A DNA stretch of 64,000 nucleotides from Camelus ferus (taxonomy: Eukaryota), in the NCBI RefSeq assembly GCF_009834535.1, contig NC_045697.1, positions 10,664,001 to 10,728,000 on the forward strand. The letters run 5' to 3'. The notes under the pieces were generated by a model that saw only the letters and a program-made list of their open reading frames with translations, was not told where the DNA came from and ran no database searches. This document shows, piece by piece, positions 48,966-61,900 of the stretch. Position numbers and translations under genes: made by a program. Position 1 is the stretch's first letter. Each line of letters starts with the position of its first letter.

Positions 48966-50334
48966 ATCTTTTGGTGGGGGGGCGCCCTTCAAGCCACTCC
49001 ACCTCCCACGTGCTAGACCCTCTTCTGAACCCTAGACGCTGCGGGAGACCTGGCAGACAACGGCGAGCTGAAGGATGCTTATATTCCAGTCGGAAGAGAC
49101 AAACAACAAACCATAAGTTAATTTAATTTCAGGCAGTCAGAACTGCTCTGAAGCACACTTAGAAAGGGAAAAGGGGCAGAGACTGTCTGGGTAGGGGTGT
49201 TCCCTGTAAGATAAAGTGGATGGAGAGCCTTCTTGGAGGACACAGTTGAATGAAGAGGGTTGTGATTGCTTATATCACGTACTTGTGTACAAGTCCCCAT
49301 CTATCGAAGTTCAGTGGCAATAGACGTGGAAAGAGTCAAAACTTGGAAGTTTGTCTTTAGTAGAACATTCTTTGGAGGACCACAGTGTTTCCTGAAGTCT
49401 CATGGCTGCAAATGTAGTATGAAATGAAATGACAGAGCATCAGAACCACAGGCACTGGAATTTGGACTTCCAAGCCAGTTATTTACTGAGCATCACTATG
49501 AACCAGGCACTGCATCATCCAGGATGCTAAATGAGACTGGTCTGGTCCACTGAGTTTTCCCGAGTCCCCCAGAACCGAAGACAACGGGTTTCGCACATTC
49601 TGAAAAGAAGTGTTAGAACACCCCCCCTCCCCGGGATGCCTGAATCTGCCAAATCCGGTGACCTGGGCTCGCCACCCTCCTCATACATGAGAGAAGACGA
49701 GAAATTCGGAGGAGATGGACCAGAGAAGGCTAAAGCACCTACACAGACGTGGAGGATGCTACGGTGCTGCTCCTCCACTTCAGAGGAAAGAGGGGAAGGT
49801 GGGCTCACCATCCCAGACCAGAGCGGGTGCAGGAGGAGGAATCTGGGAGGGGTGAGAAGGGCAGCCAGGCCACTCTGGCGTCTGACTTGGTGCTGAGCAT
49901 GGCCTGAGCTGCTGCGGTGCGGTCCGGCATGGCCAGACCAGAGGAGAGCAGCGACCCTGCTGCAGGCAGGTGTGGCCTCTGAACTGCCGAGGCCACAGGT
50001 AAACGGCACTGCTCTCTGGGAGCCCTCCTGGATGCACAAGGGGGAGTGGCAGCCAGGGACCAAGGGGGCCAAGGAAGGAACCAGATTAGAACTTTCCTGG
50101 AAAAAATCCTGCTTGCTGCTGGGCAGGGGGACCTGCAGTGTGAAGCCCTGGGGCCAGAGATGAAGAGAAGCTGGGAGAGGTCAGACAAGGAGGGACCTCC
50201 CAGGCCAGGAGGCTCCAGGTGGTGATGAGGGTGGTTGTGAGGAGAGGGTGATATCCCTGAGGAGCCCACAGGAGCACCTCACCAAAGACAGAGGAGAAAG
50301 AGGGCCATTCGGGATGAATTGCCTCCACCCACCA

Positions 50335-50755
50335 CAAACACGTTGGCATCTGAACCCCCAGGACCTGTGAGTGTGGCTTTTTTTGGGAATGGGGGTTGCA
50401 GCTAATGTAACTGGTTAAGGTGAGGTCCCACCGGAGTCAGGTGGGCTCCTACTCCACTGTGACTGGTGTCCTTATAAGCAGAGGGAAGTCTGGACACGGG
50501 CACAGAGAGGAGGAGGCCATGTGAAGACGGAGGCACAGTGGCACTGATGCAGCCATGAGCCTAGGAAGTCTGGCGCCAACCGGAGCTGGAGGAAGCCAGT
50601 AAGGAGCCTCCCTTGGGGCTTCAGAGGAAGCGTGGCTCTGCCAACATCTTGATTTTGGATTTCTGGCCTCCAGAGGGTGAGAGAATACATTTCTGTTGAT
50701 GTAAGCCCCTCAGATTGTGGCACGTCACTATGGCAGCCCTAGGAAATTAACGTGA
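50335..50755 (+). mobile_element. MaLR LTR (MLT1C-like)
   Basis: gactggtgtccttataagcagaggga...ttttggatttctggcctccagag...gcagccctaggaaattaac. Confidence 0.85.
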
Positions 50756-53289
50756 GGACCAACCTTTGAGCATCCACCACCTAGCACATTCCAGTCGTCA
50801 GCTATTCCAACAGGAATTCAACAGAACCCCCTTATCTTCGCAGTCTCCTCTCCCTTTGCCCACCCTTCTCCTCCAGCTCCGGAGGCACCAGCCACAGCAA
50901 GGCAGAGGGGGGAGGGGGAGGGAAAATATGCCCCGAAGGACACACCATCGCCCCCCCTCCTGCTGCTGTTCTGCCTGAACTGGGGGAAGAGCGCCGCTTC
51001 AGGTAGGATATGAGATGATAAAAAGAAGAAGAAAGATGTGGCTTAGACCAGACTGGAGTATTTTCACTATCTGAAAATGACCTGAACAAGCTATGGGATC
51101 CATCCACCTATATAATGTGAGATGTTGCCTCCACGAGCCAAGATTGGGCAGGAACTTGCAGGAAACATGCAGGTGGAAGTGACTGATGGGCTCTGACTTG
51201 AAATATCCCCCCCACCCCAAGCCTCAGCAGGAGCCAGAGCGCCTCTCTGAAGACTTGAGTGGTGGCAGGAAGTTTTCCCAGGATTCCCTGTCATTCCTTG
51301 TTCTTTTCCAAAATGGGAGGAACACTCAGTTCGGCTTCATAGACACCTTCGAGTCCTCTTCTCCAGAGATCAGAACCTAACCTGGAGCCCAGGTCACTGC
51401 CGGGAAATGATCCAGATTAAGGAATTGGAAAACACCTGCTCAGGCAACAGCTTTAGCTGGAGGCTGGCCCACGAAGGTCACCTAAGGACCAGTGCAACAT
51501 TCTGTGGTTGGGGAAGTGCTTTCAAGAGAGAGGAAAACCCCTTGAGATGGTAGGTGGTGACACAAACACCGGTGTAAATAAAGCAGGGCTTCCTGGTCGA
51601 GGGCATGGGTGCTCGAGGCAGACAGACGGTGGGGTCTTTGTTCCCGGCCACCTGTGCAGCCTGGGGTTAGAGGCTTTAGCATCAGGGTTAACCGTAGGAA
51701 ACAAAATCCCTCTAGTGGTTTCCAGGGAAAAAGAGAGTTAGTACAGGGAGTTAGGAGCTTACGAAGTCATCTGCAGGCTGCTGGGGAGCACGGACCGGAG
51801 GGGCTCTAGACTGGGTCTCCAGGAGGGTTTGGAGAGGGGTGAGGGTTTGTTGTAACTGGCATGGCATGCCGTACAAGTGGGGCAGTAACTGTTGTGAAGG
51901 AAGAAGTGTGTTATTCTCGCAGATCCCTGGAAACAGGAGGCCTTGCTCAGTAGGTAGGGCCACGTGGGGCAGCACCGTGATCCGCTGGAGGCAGAGGGAG
52001 TGAGGGGGAAAACACGGGCAAGCGCCTTTAGGAAGGTTTCCAGCGGAAGGAGCTTGCTGCAGGGTAAGCTGGCGTGCGACTGGCTGGTGTGAAAAATTTC
52101 AGCAGACTCTGGGCCATGGATGCTGTGCCTGGGTGTCTGGTGCCTGGCCTGGGGGTGACGAAGCCAGGTGGGTAGTGGCTCAGAGGGTGAGAGCCTTAGG
52201 GGAGGTGGCTGGGGGTGTGGGCTCTGGATTGGTCGGTTTGCACAGGAAACACCTGTGCGCAGCCCAGCCATTGGCTGTCTCTGGGAATTAGCTACCTTGG
52301 AGGGGCGGCCCCTCCGGGGTCAGCAAGACCCCAAGGTGTCAAAGCATCAAAAATACAGAATAAAAAGACTTGATTAATACAAGAATGATTTCTTAATTAC
52401 TGTAGAACTGACTGACTGGATGAGAAATGGCTTCTGCAATTTTCTGGAAGGTGAGGAAACAAGCCACAAGGAAGGCACTGAGGTGAGAGGGTATGTCAGC
52501 TGCTTGCAGCGCCAAAGGCGGTAAGTCCTTGGTTCACAGTGACGGCGGTCATTCTTATCCTTGTTTTGAATTCTGTAACGAGGGTGCACAATGACCAAGT
52601 CACTACGTTTGCACTCAAAAAAGGGAAAAAGTTCCTGTCATTTGTCCACTAATACAATACTCCCAGGAGCACAGTTCAGATCTCACGAGTGTACTTGGCA
52701 TCACTTAGATGCACCACATGAAACTGAACCTCGGCTTATTGGGGACAAGGGAGTCATTCTGAGCCTCGACTTTCCATTGAGGGCTTTGGCTTTGCTGGGG
52801 GTGATGTGCCCATGAGAGGACCTTAACAAAATCAGTTCCCGCATCTTCCTGAAATATCCCTGGAGCGCTTCCATATGAGCAGTGTTGCCCGCTGCCAACC
52901 AGGTAAGCAGCAGTGAGGTGAGCCCCAAACTGGGGTGATGAGGAGGCAAACCCCAAATCCAGCCAGGGAGGGCCAGTCCCTGAAGACATTTCCTGGAGTT
53001 GTGGAAACGAAATGAGGGAATGGGTCAGAGGCTGGGGCCTCAGGAGACGCCCGGGGCAGCAGATCACAGCGCCCCCCCAAGTGCCCCCAACAGGCCAATG
53101 TTGCCTCTTTCAGTCTGGCTTGCCCCACCCAATGTCCCAGACTGGAGCCGCACTCCCTGGCTGCTGCCGCTCACGGCAGTCCCACCCGGAGGGGTTTTTA
53201 CTTTTATGGGTTATTTATATAACACGTCCCTCACAATTACAAAAATGATAGTCATTCATCATAAAACAGAGAAATGGATAAAATGTCTT

Positions 53290-54520
53290 TGAAAAAAAGT
53301 CACTACACTGACAAGGATGGTTCTATTGAAAAAGATAACAGCAGGCGCTGTAAGGATGTAGGGCGATTAGCGCCCTCATGCCTCGCTGGCGTTTAGTTCA
53401 GCTGCTTTGCCAAACAATCTCACAGTTTCTCAAAAGGTTAGAGATGGCCCAGCGATTCCACTCCCAGGGATGTACCCAAGAGACATGACAACATATGTCC
53501 ACANNNNNNNNNNNNNNNNNNNNNNNNNNNNNNNNNNNNNNNNNNNNNNNNNNNNNNNNNNNNNNNNNNNNNNNNNNNNNNNNNNNNNNNNNNNNNNNNN
53601 NNNNNNNNNNNNNNNNNNNNNNNNNNNNNNNNNNNNNNNNNNNNNNNNNNNNNNNNNNNNNNNNNNNNNNNNNNNNNNNNNNNNNNNNNNNNNNNNNNNN
53701 NNNNNNNNNNNNNNNNNNNNNACCATACATTGTAAGAAATATCCAGAACTGGCAAATCTATAGACAGAAAGTATATTAATGGTTGCCTGAGGCCAGGGTG
53801 GATGAGATGCGGAGTGACTACTAATAGGTATGGGGTTTCTTGTGTAGTTACAAAAATGTTCTAAAATTGATTGTGGTAACGGTTGCATGACTCTATAAAT
53901 ATACTCGAAATCATTGAATCCTATTCCTTAAATGGGTAGATTTTATGATATGTGAATTATATCTCAATAAATCTGTTATAAAAATTAGTCATGAAAAATT
54001 ATGTCTACACAAAAACCTGTCTAGCAGCTTTATTCGTAACTGCCAAAATATGGAAGCAACCAAAACGTCTCACAGTAGGTGAATGGATAAATAAACTGTG
54101 TTCCATCCAGATAATGAAATATTATTCAGTGCTAAAAGGAAGTGAGCCATCAAGGCATAGAAAGACCTGAAGGAGAAAACTTCAATGCATTTTACTAAGT
54201 GAAAGAAACCATTCTGAGAAGGCTGCAGAGTGTATGATTCCAACAATCTGACTTTCTGGAAAAGGCAAGATTATGAAGACAGTAAGAAGATCAGTGGTTG
54301 AACCCTCATGAACACTATGGATTTCGGGTAGGCATGATGTGTCCATGTCCATGTGGGCTCATCCATTGCAGCAAATGTACCACTCACTGGGGGAGGTTGA
54401 TAGTGGGGCAGAGGTTGTGCGGGTCAGGGGCCAGGGTGCATATGGGAACTCAGTTTTGATGTGAACTTAAACTGGCCTTAAAAAACAAGGCCTATCCAAA
54501 AAATAAAATCACTTAAAGGA
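53290..54520 (+). mobile_element. Stacked old L1M (L1MB/L1MC-like) 3' fragments spanning an assembly gap
   Basis: cccagcgattccactcccagggatgtacccaagagac; gcaaatctatagacagaaagt...ggttgcc; gtaggtgaatggataaataaactgtg. Confidence 0.8.
53504..53721. other. Assembly gap (218 N)
   Basis: Run of N. Confidence 1.
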
Positions 54521-54542
54521 AAAAAATCACTTAGAATCTGAT

Positions 54543-54989
54543 TGAAACAGGAGGGAAGCGGGCAGGGCACTACTGCTGAAGGAATGACACAGTAATTGAG
54601 GACAGGACAAACTGGTTAGGACCAAGATGGTGGAAGATTCTACTTCGAGGAGAACTTGAGCCTCATGGCATAACCACAGGTGCCATGACAGTTCCTAGGC
54701 TGACCATAAAAGGTCAAGAAGTAGGCAGGGCCCAGTTCATGGAAATCCCTGCCCCTTCCCCCCCCCCCCCCGCAAAGAATTGGAATAATCCTCCTACTCA
54801 TTAGCATATGAAATTACTGAGCCTGTAAAACCCATCAGCTCTGCACCTCTTGGTCGCTCACTCTTGCCTTCTGAGACAGCCTGCACTCTGCCTATGGAGT
54901 GTGTATCTCTCTAAATAAATTTGCTTTCATTTTACTATGTCTTGCTCTTAAATTCTTTCCTGCACAAAGCAAGAACCTTTTCTCTGACA
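54543..54989 (+). mobile_element. MER41-like solo LTR (447 bp)
   Basis: TG...CA termini and perfect TSD TGAT. MER41 hallmark blocks accaagatgg, gccatgacagtt, gaataatcc, cattagcata, ctctgcctatggag, aataaa-ttgctttca and aattctttc...caagaacc. AATAAA at 54914-54919. Confidence 0.85.
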
Positions 54990-56297
54990 TGATCACACAC
55001 ACGATCATTCAACAGTTTAAATTATGTAATTGAAGTCTTTGTAAAGACTTTTTATACAGTTTCATGTTCTAGTATTTTCGCATGTTTTTGTTCACTTAGC
55101 AATATACTGTAAACATTCTTCTACGTCAGTAAAGATTTTATTACACTTTAAATATCTGTGTGGAAATCCATTATGTAGATGAATGATGATTTATTTAAAC
55201 ATTCCACATTTTAAGGCATCCTTTTAATTTGCATTAGTATAAAGAATACTGGTAAACAGCACACGTTCTTTGAATAGATTCTTAATGACAATAAAACAGT
55301 GACTATTTGTTGAGTGCTTAGTAACGGCCAGTGACCGACCAAGTGCTTTACAAATGTCTTGATAAACAAATGCTCAGAGAAACTTGGGAAGCAGGTACCA
55401 TAATTAATTCCATTTTACAGCTACAGTGTCAGAGGTTTGGAGATATTAAATGACTTGTCCAAAGTGACACAGCTAGTAAACAGCAAAGCTGCAATCAAAC
55501 TTAGGTTTATCTGATTCCAGAGCTTGAGCTGTTGTTTCTGACGCTTGAACATACTGATTTCATTTCTGTAACTTTTCATTCTTCTGATACCTTCTGTCAA
55601 ATAGTCCTCCAGAGAATTCATCATAATTTGTAGTTCCCACCAAAAATGCAGGAAAATACTCACGATGCTCATCATCACTGGTTTTACGGTTCTTTGTAAA
55701 CTGTGTGTTAACTTGAGAGGCAAAAAATGACTTCCTGTTCTTGTTTCCATTTGTAATCTTTAAGTTACTTGAGAGATGGTATATTTTTGTTGATTGGCTC
55801 ATCCATTGATTTTCTCAAGAATCAACTTTGTATATACATTTTTCCTCTTCCACTGGGCTTTTTCCTTACTGATTTGTTTAGCAATATCCCAGTCGTTACA
55901 GAATTTCCAACTGTTTTCACATTTCATGCTTTTTTATTGTAACTTGTCAATTTCCAATATTTTTTAACTGACTTTTATTTTTAGACTTTCAAGGTGTTCC
56001 CTTACTAACTCCTCCAAGTCCAAGTACAGGAGCAGTGAAGTTCCACCACGAGCAAGCTGACAACAGCTCGTCAGAGGGCCAGCTCCTGGGATGGTTTAAA
56101 ACCAGTCTCTGATCTTATTTTCTCTCCAGTCAAATCCAGAGTAAATATCTATGCTCTATGCTCTCTACTGCGAAAGGGCAGAACACACATCAACTACAGG
56201 AGGCCAGTATCAAAAGTGCAATTTGGAGCTGAAATTTGGTCTGTAAGACAACAAACATCACAGCAAAGTCCTCCTTGTACATTTGCTAATTAATAAA

Positions 56298-56970
56298 ATT
56301 TTTTAAGATATAATTTACGTACCATAAAATCCACCATTTAAAAGTGTAAAATACAGTAGCTTCTATTATATTTACAAGATGGTACAACTATCGAACTTCA
56401 GAATGTTACCCCTAAGAGACACTCCATACCCATTAAGGAGTCACACCCTTCCTTCCCCTTCCCCCGAGCCCTGGGAACCAATAATGTAATTTCTGTCTCT
56501 ACAGATGTGCCAATTCCAGACATTTCATATAAATAGAATCCTACAACACGAGGGCTTTGTGTCTGGTTTCTTGCACTTAGCGTGATGTTTTTAAGGTTCA
56601 TCTATGTTGTAGCTTCATTTCTTTTTGTAGCCGGATGATATTCCATTGTATGGAATTTTGCTTCTCCATTTAATGTTGATGGACCATATGGTTGTTTCCA
56701 CTTTTTGGCTATTATGAATCATGCTGCTATGAAAATTCATGTACAAATTTTCATGCAGACATATGTTTTCATTTCTCTTGGGTTTACATCCAGGAGAACG
56801 GCTGCATCGTACAGTAACTCTGTTTAACATTTTGGAAAACTGCTCAACTTTTTCACAGCGCCGGCACCATTTCTCATTCCCACCAGCAACATGTGAGGGT
56901 TCTAATTTCTCTACATCCCTGCCAACACCTGTTATTTTAAAATTGATTTGTTTTTATTATGGCCATCCTG
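56298..56970 (-). mobile_element. Old L1MB-like 3' end
   Basis: gatataatttacgtaccataaaatccaccatttaaaagtgta...atattccattgtatgga...ccaccagcaacatgtgagggttc. Confidence 0.82.
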
Positions 56971-58169
56971 GTGGGAGAGACTTTTACACTGGATGAACTT
57001 TGAATCAGTTTAAACAAAGACAAACATTCTGAGTGGGTCTTTCAGGGAACTACTGCACAGGTCACACAATGATAATTCTTTGGGAATGACGTTTGGAAAG
57101 AATTCCAGGTCTGTTCTGCTCCATCCGGTACTGGGAAGGCAGACTGTTATTTTTCAAGGCTACTGCTGAACTAGAGAGTTGGGGGTGGGACTAGAGCAAG
57201 TTAAAAACCAGAAATTATATTTTTATGCCGAATTATCTGATTTTTAAAACACCTTTTGATGGTCCCAACTGAAAACACTTGCGGGTCAAAATCAAGTGTG
57301 GGCCCAGTCAGGGTCCTTGGACGTAGAGAGGTGGCTTGGGTAGGAATAGAATGGTTTTCAATTGTTCTAAAGCAGGAAAAATGTTTTATCAGATAAAATT
57401 TTATTCAGGACCCAGAGTGATCTGGAAAATACTTCACAATCCAAATCCTAGCACCACCCATCAGAACAGACTCCTGTCTTCGCTGTGCCTGGAGTCGCCT
57501 TTAGAATGGCCAGATTGCGAGGAGCTGGCAGGGCGTCCAGGAGAGGAGCCCTCCTGGAGCAGCCCCCGGAGGAGAAATGATGCAAGTGCAGCTTCCTTTC
57601 AAGTGGGGGTGTCCGCTGAACCCCGCTGTGCCCCAGACCCTCTGCAATGCAGACTCCCTGTGACCCCTTGGGGATCCTCGGTCAGGTCCGCACACCTGAC
57701 CCCCCTAGACCCTCCCCTGGTCCCTGAATCCCTGCCACTCCCCAGCATCCCTCACCCGAGCCACTCCCCTTCTCTCCTGATCCACTGTACCCCCTGGCCC
57801 TGGTATCCCAACTCCCTTGTTCCTGGGCCCCTGCACCCCTGCACCCTCCTCACCTCCTTCAGCAGCCCTGAGCTCTGCAGAGGAGTTAAGACCTCCTGCT
57901 GGAGGATAAAGAATGTAGCCGGTGCCTGGGCTTCCCATGATTTGCTCATTGGGGGCTACCACCTCAGCCCACGGATCCTCCCCCGCCCCGCTCTCGATGG
58001 CAGGGGTGGGTGGGGCTCCCTGGAGTGGGCGGGGCTCCCTCCACCCCCGCGTCCTTCCCCAAATCCTATTTTAAGGCTCTTCAGTCTTTACTTTGGGAAA
58101 AGCAGATGGAGTTGTTTTTGGCGCCAAACTTCTGAGTTCCAGATCCTAGACGGGGGATGGCTCTTGGCC

Positions 58170-58352
58170 AGGGGGCCTCAAACTTGAACGTGCATGCCCA
58201 TCACCTGGAGGGCCGTAAAAAGATTGTCGGGCCCCTCTCCCAGAGTTTTGGATTCAGCAGGGCTGGGAAGGGGCCAAGAATCTGCATTTCTAACATGTTC
58301 CCAGGTGATGGGATGCAGCTGGTCTGGGGCCAGACTTTGAGGACCACTCATC
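58170..58352. mobile_element. MER5A (similar MER5-type copies at ~1890-2000, ~12610-12760, ~13280-13450)
   Basis: ggggccaagaatctgcatttctaacatgttcccaggtgatg...cagactttgaggaccac. Confidence 0.85.
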
Positions 58353-58836
58353 CGGGCTGTGGGGCCTTGGGGAATGATGGGTGGCACAGCTTAGGTTTGT
58401 ATAGCGCTTTATCATTTACACACTTAGTTTTAGATGCATTATCTTCTTTGCTCCTCCAAACAACCCTGAGAAGATGATCAAGCCCGATTTACAGATGAGC
58501 AGACTGAGGTTTGCAGTGTCACACAGAAGTCCCTGACCCAACAGCGCTCAGCCAGCTAGCCCTCCTCGGACTTCCTAGAGGGGTCAACATCCTAGACATC
58601 CAACATCACAAGGTCACCACACTCCCCATCCCTTACCTCCTGCTCCTCTAGTGTGGAGGACCGCAGTTGCCTGCTGAAGGGGTCTCTCTGCCTCTGCTTC
58701 TCCCTCCTTTCACAGCAGCAGAGAGCACAGAGGTTGAAAGCACGGGTTTTATAGTTAGGGGAGGGGTTTAACTTCCTGCTCTGATAATGTGCTACCTCTG
58801 TGATCTTGGGCAAGTTATGTAACACTTTGTTGTTTA

Positions 58837-59357
58837 CAAAGTATGCCTGCGCTTAGGAGATTCTTTTTCTGCAGTTTCAGTGCTGGATCGCCGCAATGAA
58901 GCCAGTCCCTCAATAAAGCGAGGCACACATTTTTTGGTTTCCCAGTAAATCTAAAAGTTATGTTTATTTAATACTGTATTCTACTAAGTGTGCAATAGCA
59001 GTGTATTAAAAAAAAGATTGTATGCATATGTATGACTGAAACATGATGTATGCTAGAAATTGACACACTGTCAACTGACTGTACCTCAGTAAAAAAATGA
59101 AAAAATGTGCATACCTTAATTAAAAAATATTTTACTGCTAGAAANNNNNNNNNNNNNNNNNNNNNNNNNNNNNNNNNNNNNNNNNNNNNNNNNNNNNNNN
59201 NNNNNNNNNNNNNNNNNNNNNNNNNNNNNNNNNNNNNNNNNNNNNNNNNNNNNNNNNNNNNNNNNNNNNNNNNNNNNNNNNNNNNNNNNNNNNNNNNNNN
59301 NNNNNNNNNNNNNNNNNNNNNNNNNNNNNNNNNNNNNNNNNNNNCGATGTATGCCTG
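58837..59357 (-). mobile_element. Tigger1-type (Tigger1a-like non-autonomous) DNA transposon spanning a gap, with a nested L1 tail at ~59016-59099
   Basis: Left end TA+caaagtatgcct...ggaga...ccgcaat...caataaagcgaggcacacattttttggtttcccagt...aaaagttatgttt...aagtgtgcaatagca matches a Tigger1 terminus as recalled. The right end gtatgcctg is the inverted repeat. Confidence 0.78.
59145..59344. other. Assembly gap (200 N)
   Basis: Run of N. Confidence 1.
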
Positions 59358-59618
59358 CAGTTTTGTTTTTTCATTTGGGTTTTTTTTTTTTTTTTTCATT
59401 TTCCATCTCATTTGATAGTTAGAACAATGCAATTTAAAGCTGCACTTGAGCTCCCCCCATTGCCTACAGGATCAAGTTAAGATTCCTGGTAAGGCATTAA
59501 AATCTCTCCAAGATCTAGCCCCTGCTTCCTTCTCCAAGTTCCCCCCAGGACGAAGCTGTTCTTCCTCAAATTCTCAGCGTGATGGTTGGCACCTACTAGG
59601 CGCTCAGATACAGATCCC

Positions 59619-60089
59619 TGTAAAGGAGCAGGACCCTGTGGGGCCTTCCAGGGTCAGACTCCTCCCCCGTATGCTCTGCTGCAGCTCCTCTCTGAAGCAC
59701 CCGGATAATAGTATCTCATGTGTATTTCCTGAGTTTTTCAGAAGCTTAAAACCATCACTAAAGGGAAGAAATTACTTGATGATCGAGAAGGCGTAGCCCC
59801 CAGACCTTCCTCGCCCAGGGGTTGATAGTGTTGACTGCCCTGTTCCCTCCACATCAACCAATCAGAGATTTTTGCATGAGCTGATCATGCACTCTGTGAC
59901 CCCCTCCCTCATCTGATCTGTAAATATGCTTTGTTGAAACCCTTCAGGGAGTTCGGGGTTTTCTTGGGCATGAGCCACCCCGTCCTCCTTGCTCAACCCT
60001 GCAATAAACCTTTCTCTGCTCCAGATTTCGATGTTTCAGTTTGTTTGGCCTCTTGGAGCGGCAGGCACACGAACTTGCCTTCGGTAACA
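59619..60089 (+). mobile_element. ERV1-class solo LTR (471 bp)
   Basis: TG...ggtaaCA termini and perfect TSD TCCC (59615-59618, 60090-60093). CCAAT box; AATAAA at 60003-60008. Confidence 0.92.
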
Positions 60090-61549
60090 TCCCGAGTGGA
60101 TGAAGACATGTGCCGGAGCCTTGTCGTGCTCTTTCCTCCTTTGTTCATTTCTGGCTTGCCCTACCTTTCTTTTTTTTTTAAATCCACTTAATTCCAACTC
60201 TTTTTCAAAGCTGCCCAAGTGCACATCCTCCACAGTGAGGTGATGCGTCCAATACATTTATTCATTCAATGAATATTCATTGGCCGCATCCATGTGCCGG
60301 GAACTGTACAAGATGCTGGGCTGCAGCAAACACGGCGGAACGTCTGAATGAGACGTTCCGCTGCCACCTGCACTGATGTTTGTGGTAGCACTTACCTCAG
60401 CAGGTGGTCCCCCCACCAGACAGCGGACAAACTCTGAGCAGAGAGCACAACTCATTCAGTTCTGTGCTGTGCACGGTGACTGTGCCAGTGACATCTGTCA
60501 CATCAAGTCCACCAAGCTATTTGTGTTTGTCGTATTTCGCTTATCTAGTTAACCCCCTGACGTTATAGCTATCTCTGACTTTCCCTGGTATTTAGATTTT
60601 TATGTAGAATACCTAAAATGAAATGGAAATATGCTTGTTGAAAGTACTTGCAGTTTCAAAAGTAACATGTTTTGCAGGGGATTCACTCCTCAAGAGCTTA
60701 TATACGGTCTTTCCTGATTTAATTCCCTTATAAAGGTGCCAAGTGTACCCTCAAGACCCTCAGTTTCCTCATCTGCCAAAAAGAAGGCTGTTAAAAGGCA
60801 AAGTACATTGTGCAGATACCTTCCCTTCTTTTTTAAGGGATGCAGTTGAAACGACTTTCAACCTGCCACGCACGTTGACTTTCTTTTCTTACTGAGACTG
60901 GGAAGAGCGAGGTCGTGTTTGCTCAGCGCAGCTGCACCCACTGTTCCTAAGCAAACTTCTCAGAACTGCCAACTCCCTTACCACGTCGATTTCCTTTTTT
61001 TAATGACTTCCCCTCTCAACTGTTCACATTCCTCCTTAATCAGATTCAACATAATTTAAACCACCCCAGGTGCCTCGGGCACACTGGGTGCCGAGTAGCA
61101 CCCTGCACTGACACAGGGATCGTCTCAGCCGCCACGTGCACAGTACCATTTGCCTCAAACTGGCCCCAGATGATCATGATTTTGCTGCCTTGATACATGA
61201 ACTTTTATTTCCAAATTTCTGTGCTGTCAGGCTGTACTCACAGTCTACGCTTACTGTATACACAACTTCCTGAGAGACGAGGGGCAAGGCCCACCTGTTC
61301 TGTAGAGACGCGAACCAACAGTACTCGGCCACTTGTCAACACTGTGATGTTCAGATCGTGATGGCCCAGGGTGCTGAAGGTCCGACCGCTGAGTGAGAGG
61401 GGCGTGGTTGTTTTATCTTTTTCCTTATAAACAACTAATAGTAAACATCCAAAGAGTATTTTCAGAAGCATGTGTTCAGGGACGTTAGGTCTCACATCCA
61501 CTCCTTTATGTGAAGCTCCCGAAATAGCCCTCCTAGATTTCCGTGTATG

Positions 61550-61900
61550 AATGTGGGCTGTGATACAGAACTTGCAGATTCAGTGGCTCAGAGCCGAAGG
61601 CATGTAGATCTCTGTCTCGTACAGTCTAACCGGAGTGCTCCAAGTTGATGGACAACTCCACTCGCAAAGGCGTTCTGGGACCCAGGCGGCCCCATGCGTG
61701 GATCTGCAAGGCTGGGGTGAGGGCACACCTCCTCTAGGGTCCAACTGGTGGGACGGGGACTGGTGGAGGGGCCTCGTGATGGTATGTACCCTTCAGCTTC
61801 CATCTCTTGGTGAGATTAGTCACCTGGCCACATGTCTCAGCAAGAGGGACGAGGGAACGCAGTCCCCAGCCAGGCAGCTGCGAGCCCAGTGACAACTCTG
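61550..61900 (-). mobile_element. Old MaLR LTR (MLT1-like)
   Basis: cagtggctcagagccgaaggcatgtagatctctgtctcg...cacctggcccacatgtctcagcaagagggac. Confidence 0.55.

Noticed and set aside
53398-53888. ORFs spanning N runs (also 58968-59432)
   Set aside because: Artefacts of translating assembly gaps.
57336-58187. Longest ORF (283 aa)
   Set aside because: Non-ATG start, Pro/Ser-rich low complexity from a C-rich tract, no homology or exon structure I can recognise, and it ends at a MER5A.
58841-59358. gtatgcctgc direct repeat as a TSD
   Set aside because: Explained by the quasi-palindromic Tigger terminal repeat plus transition decay.
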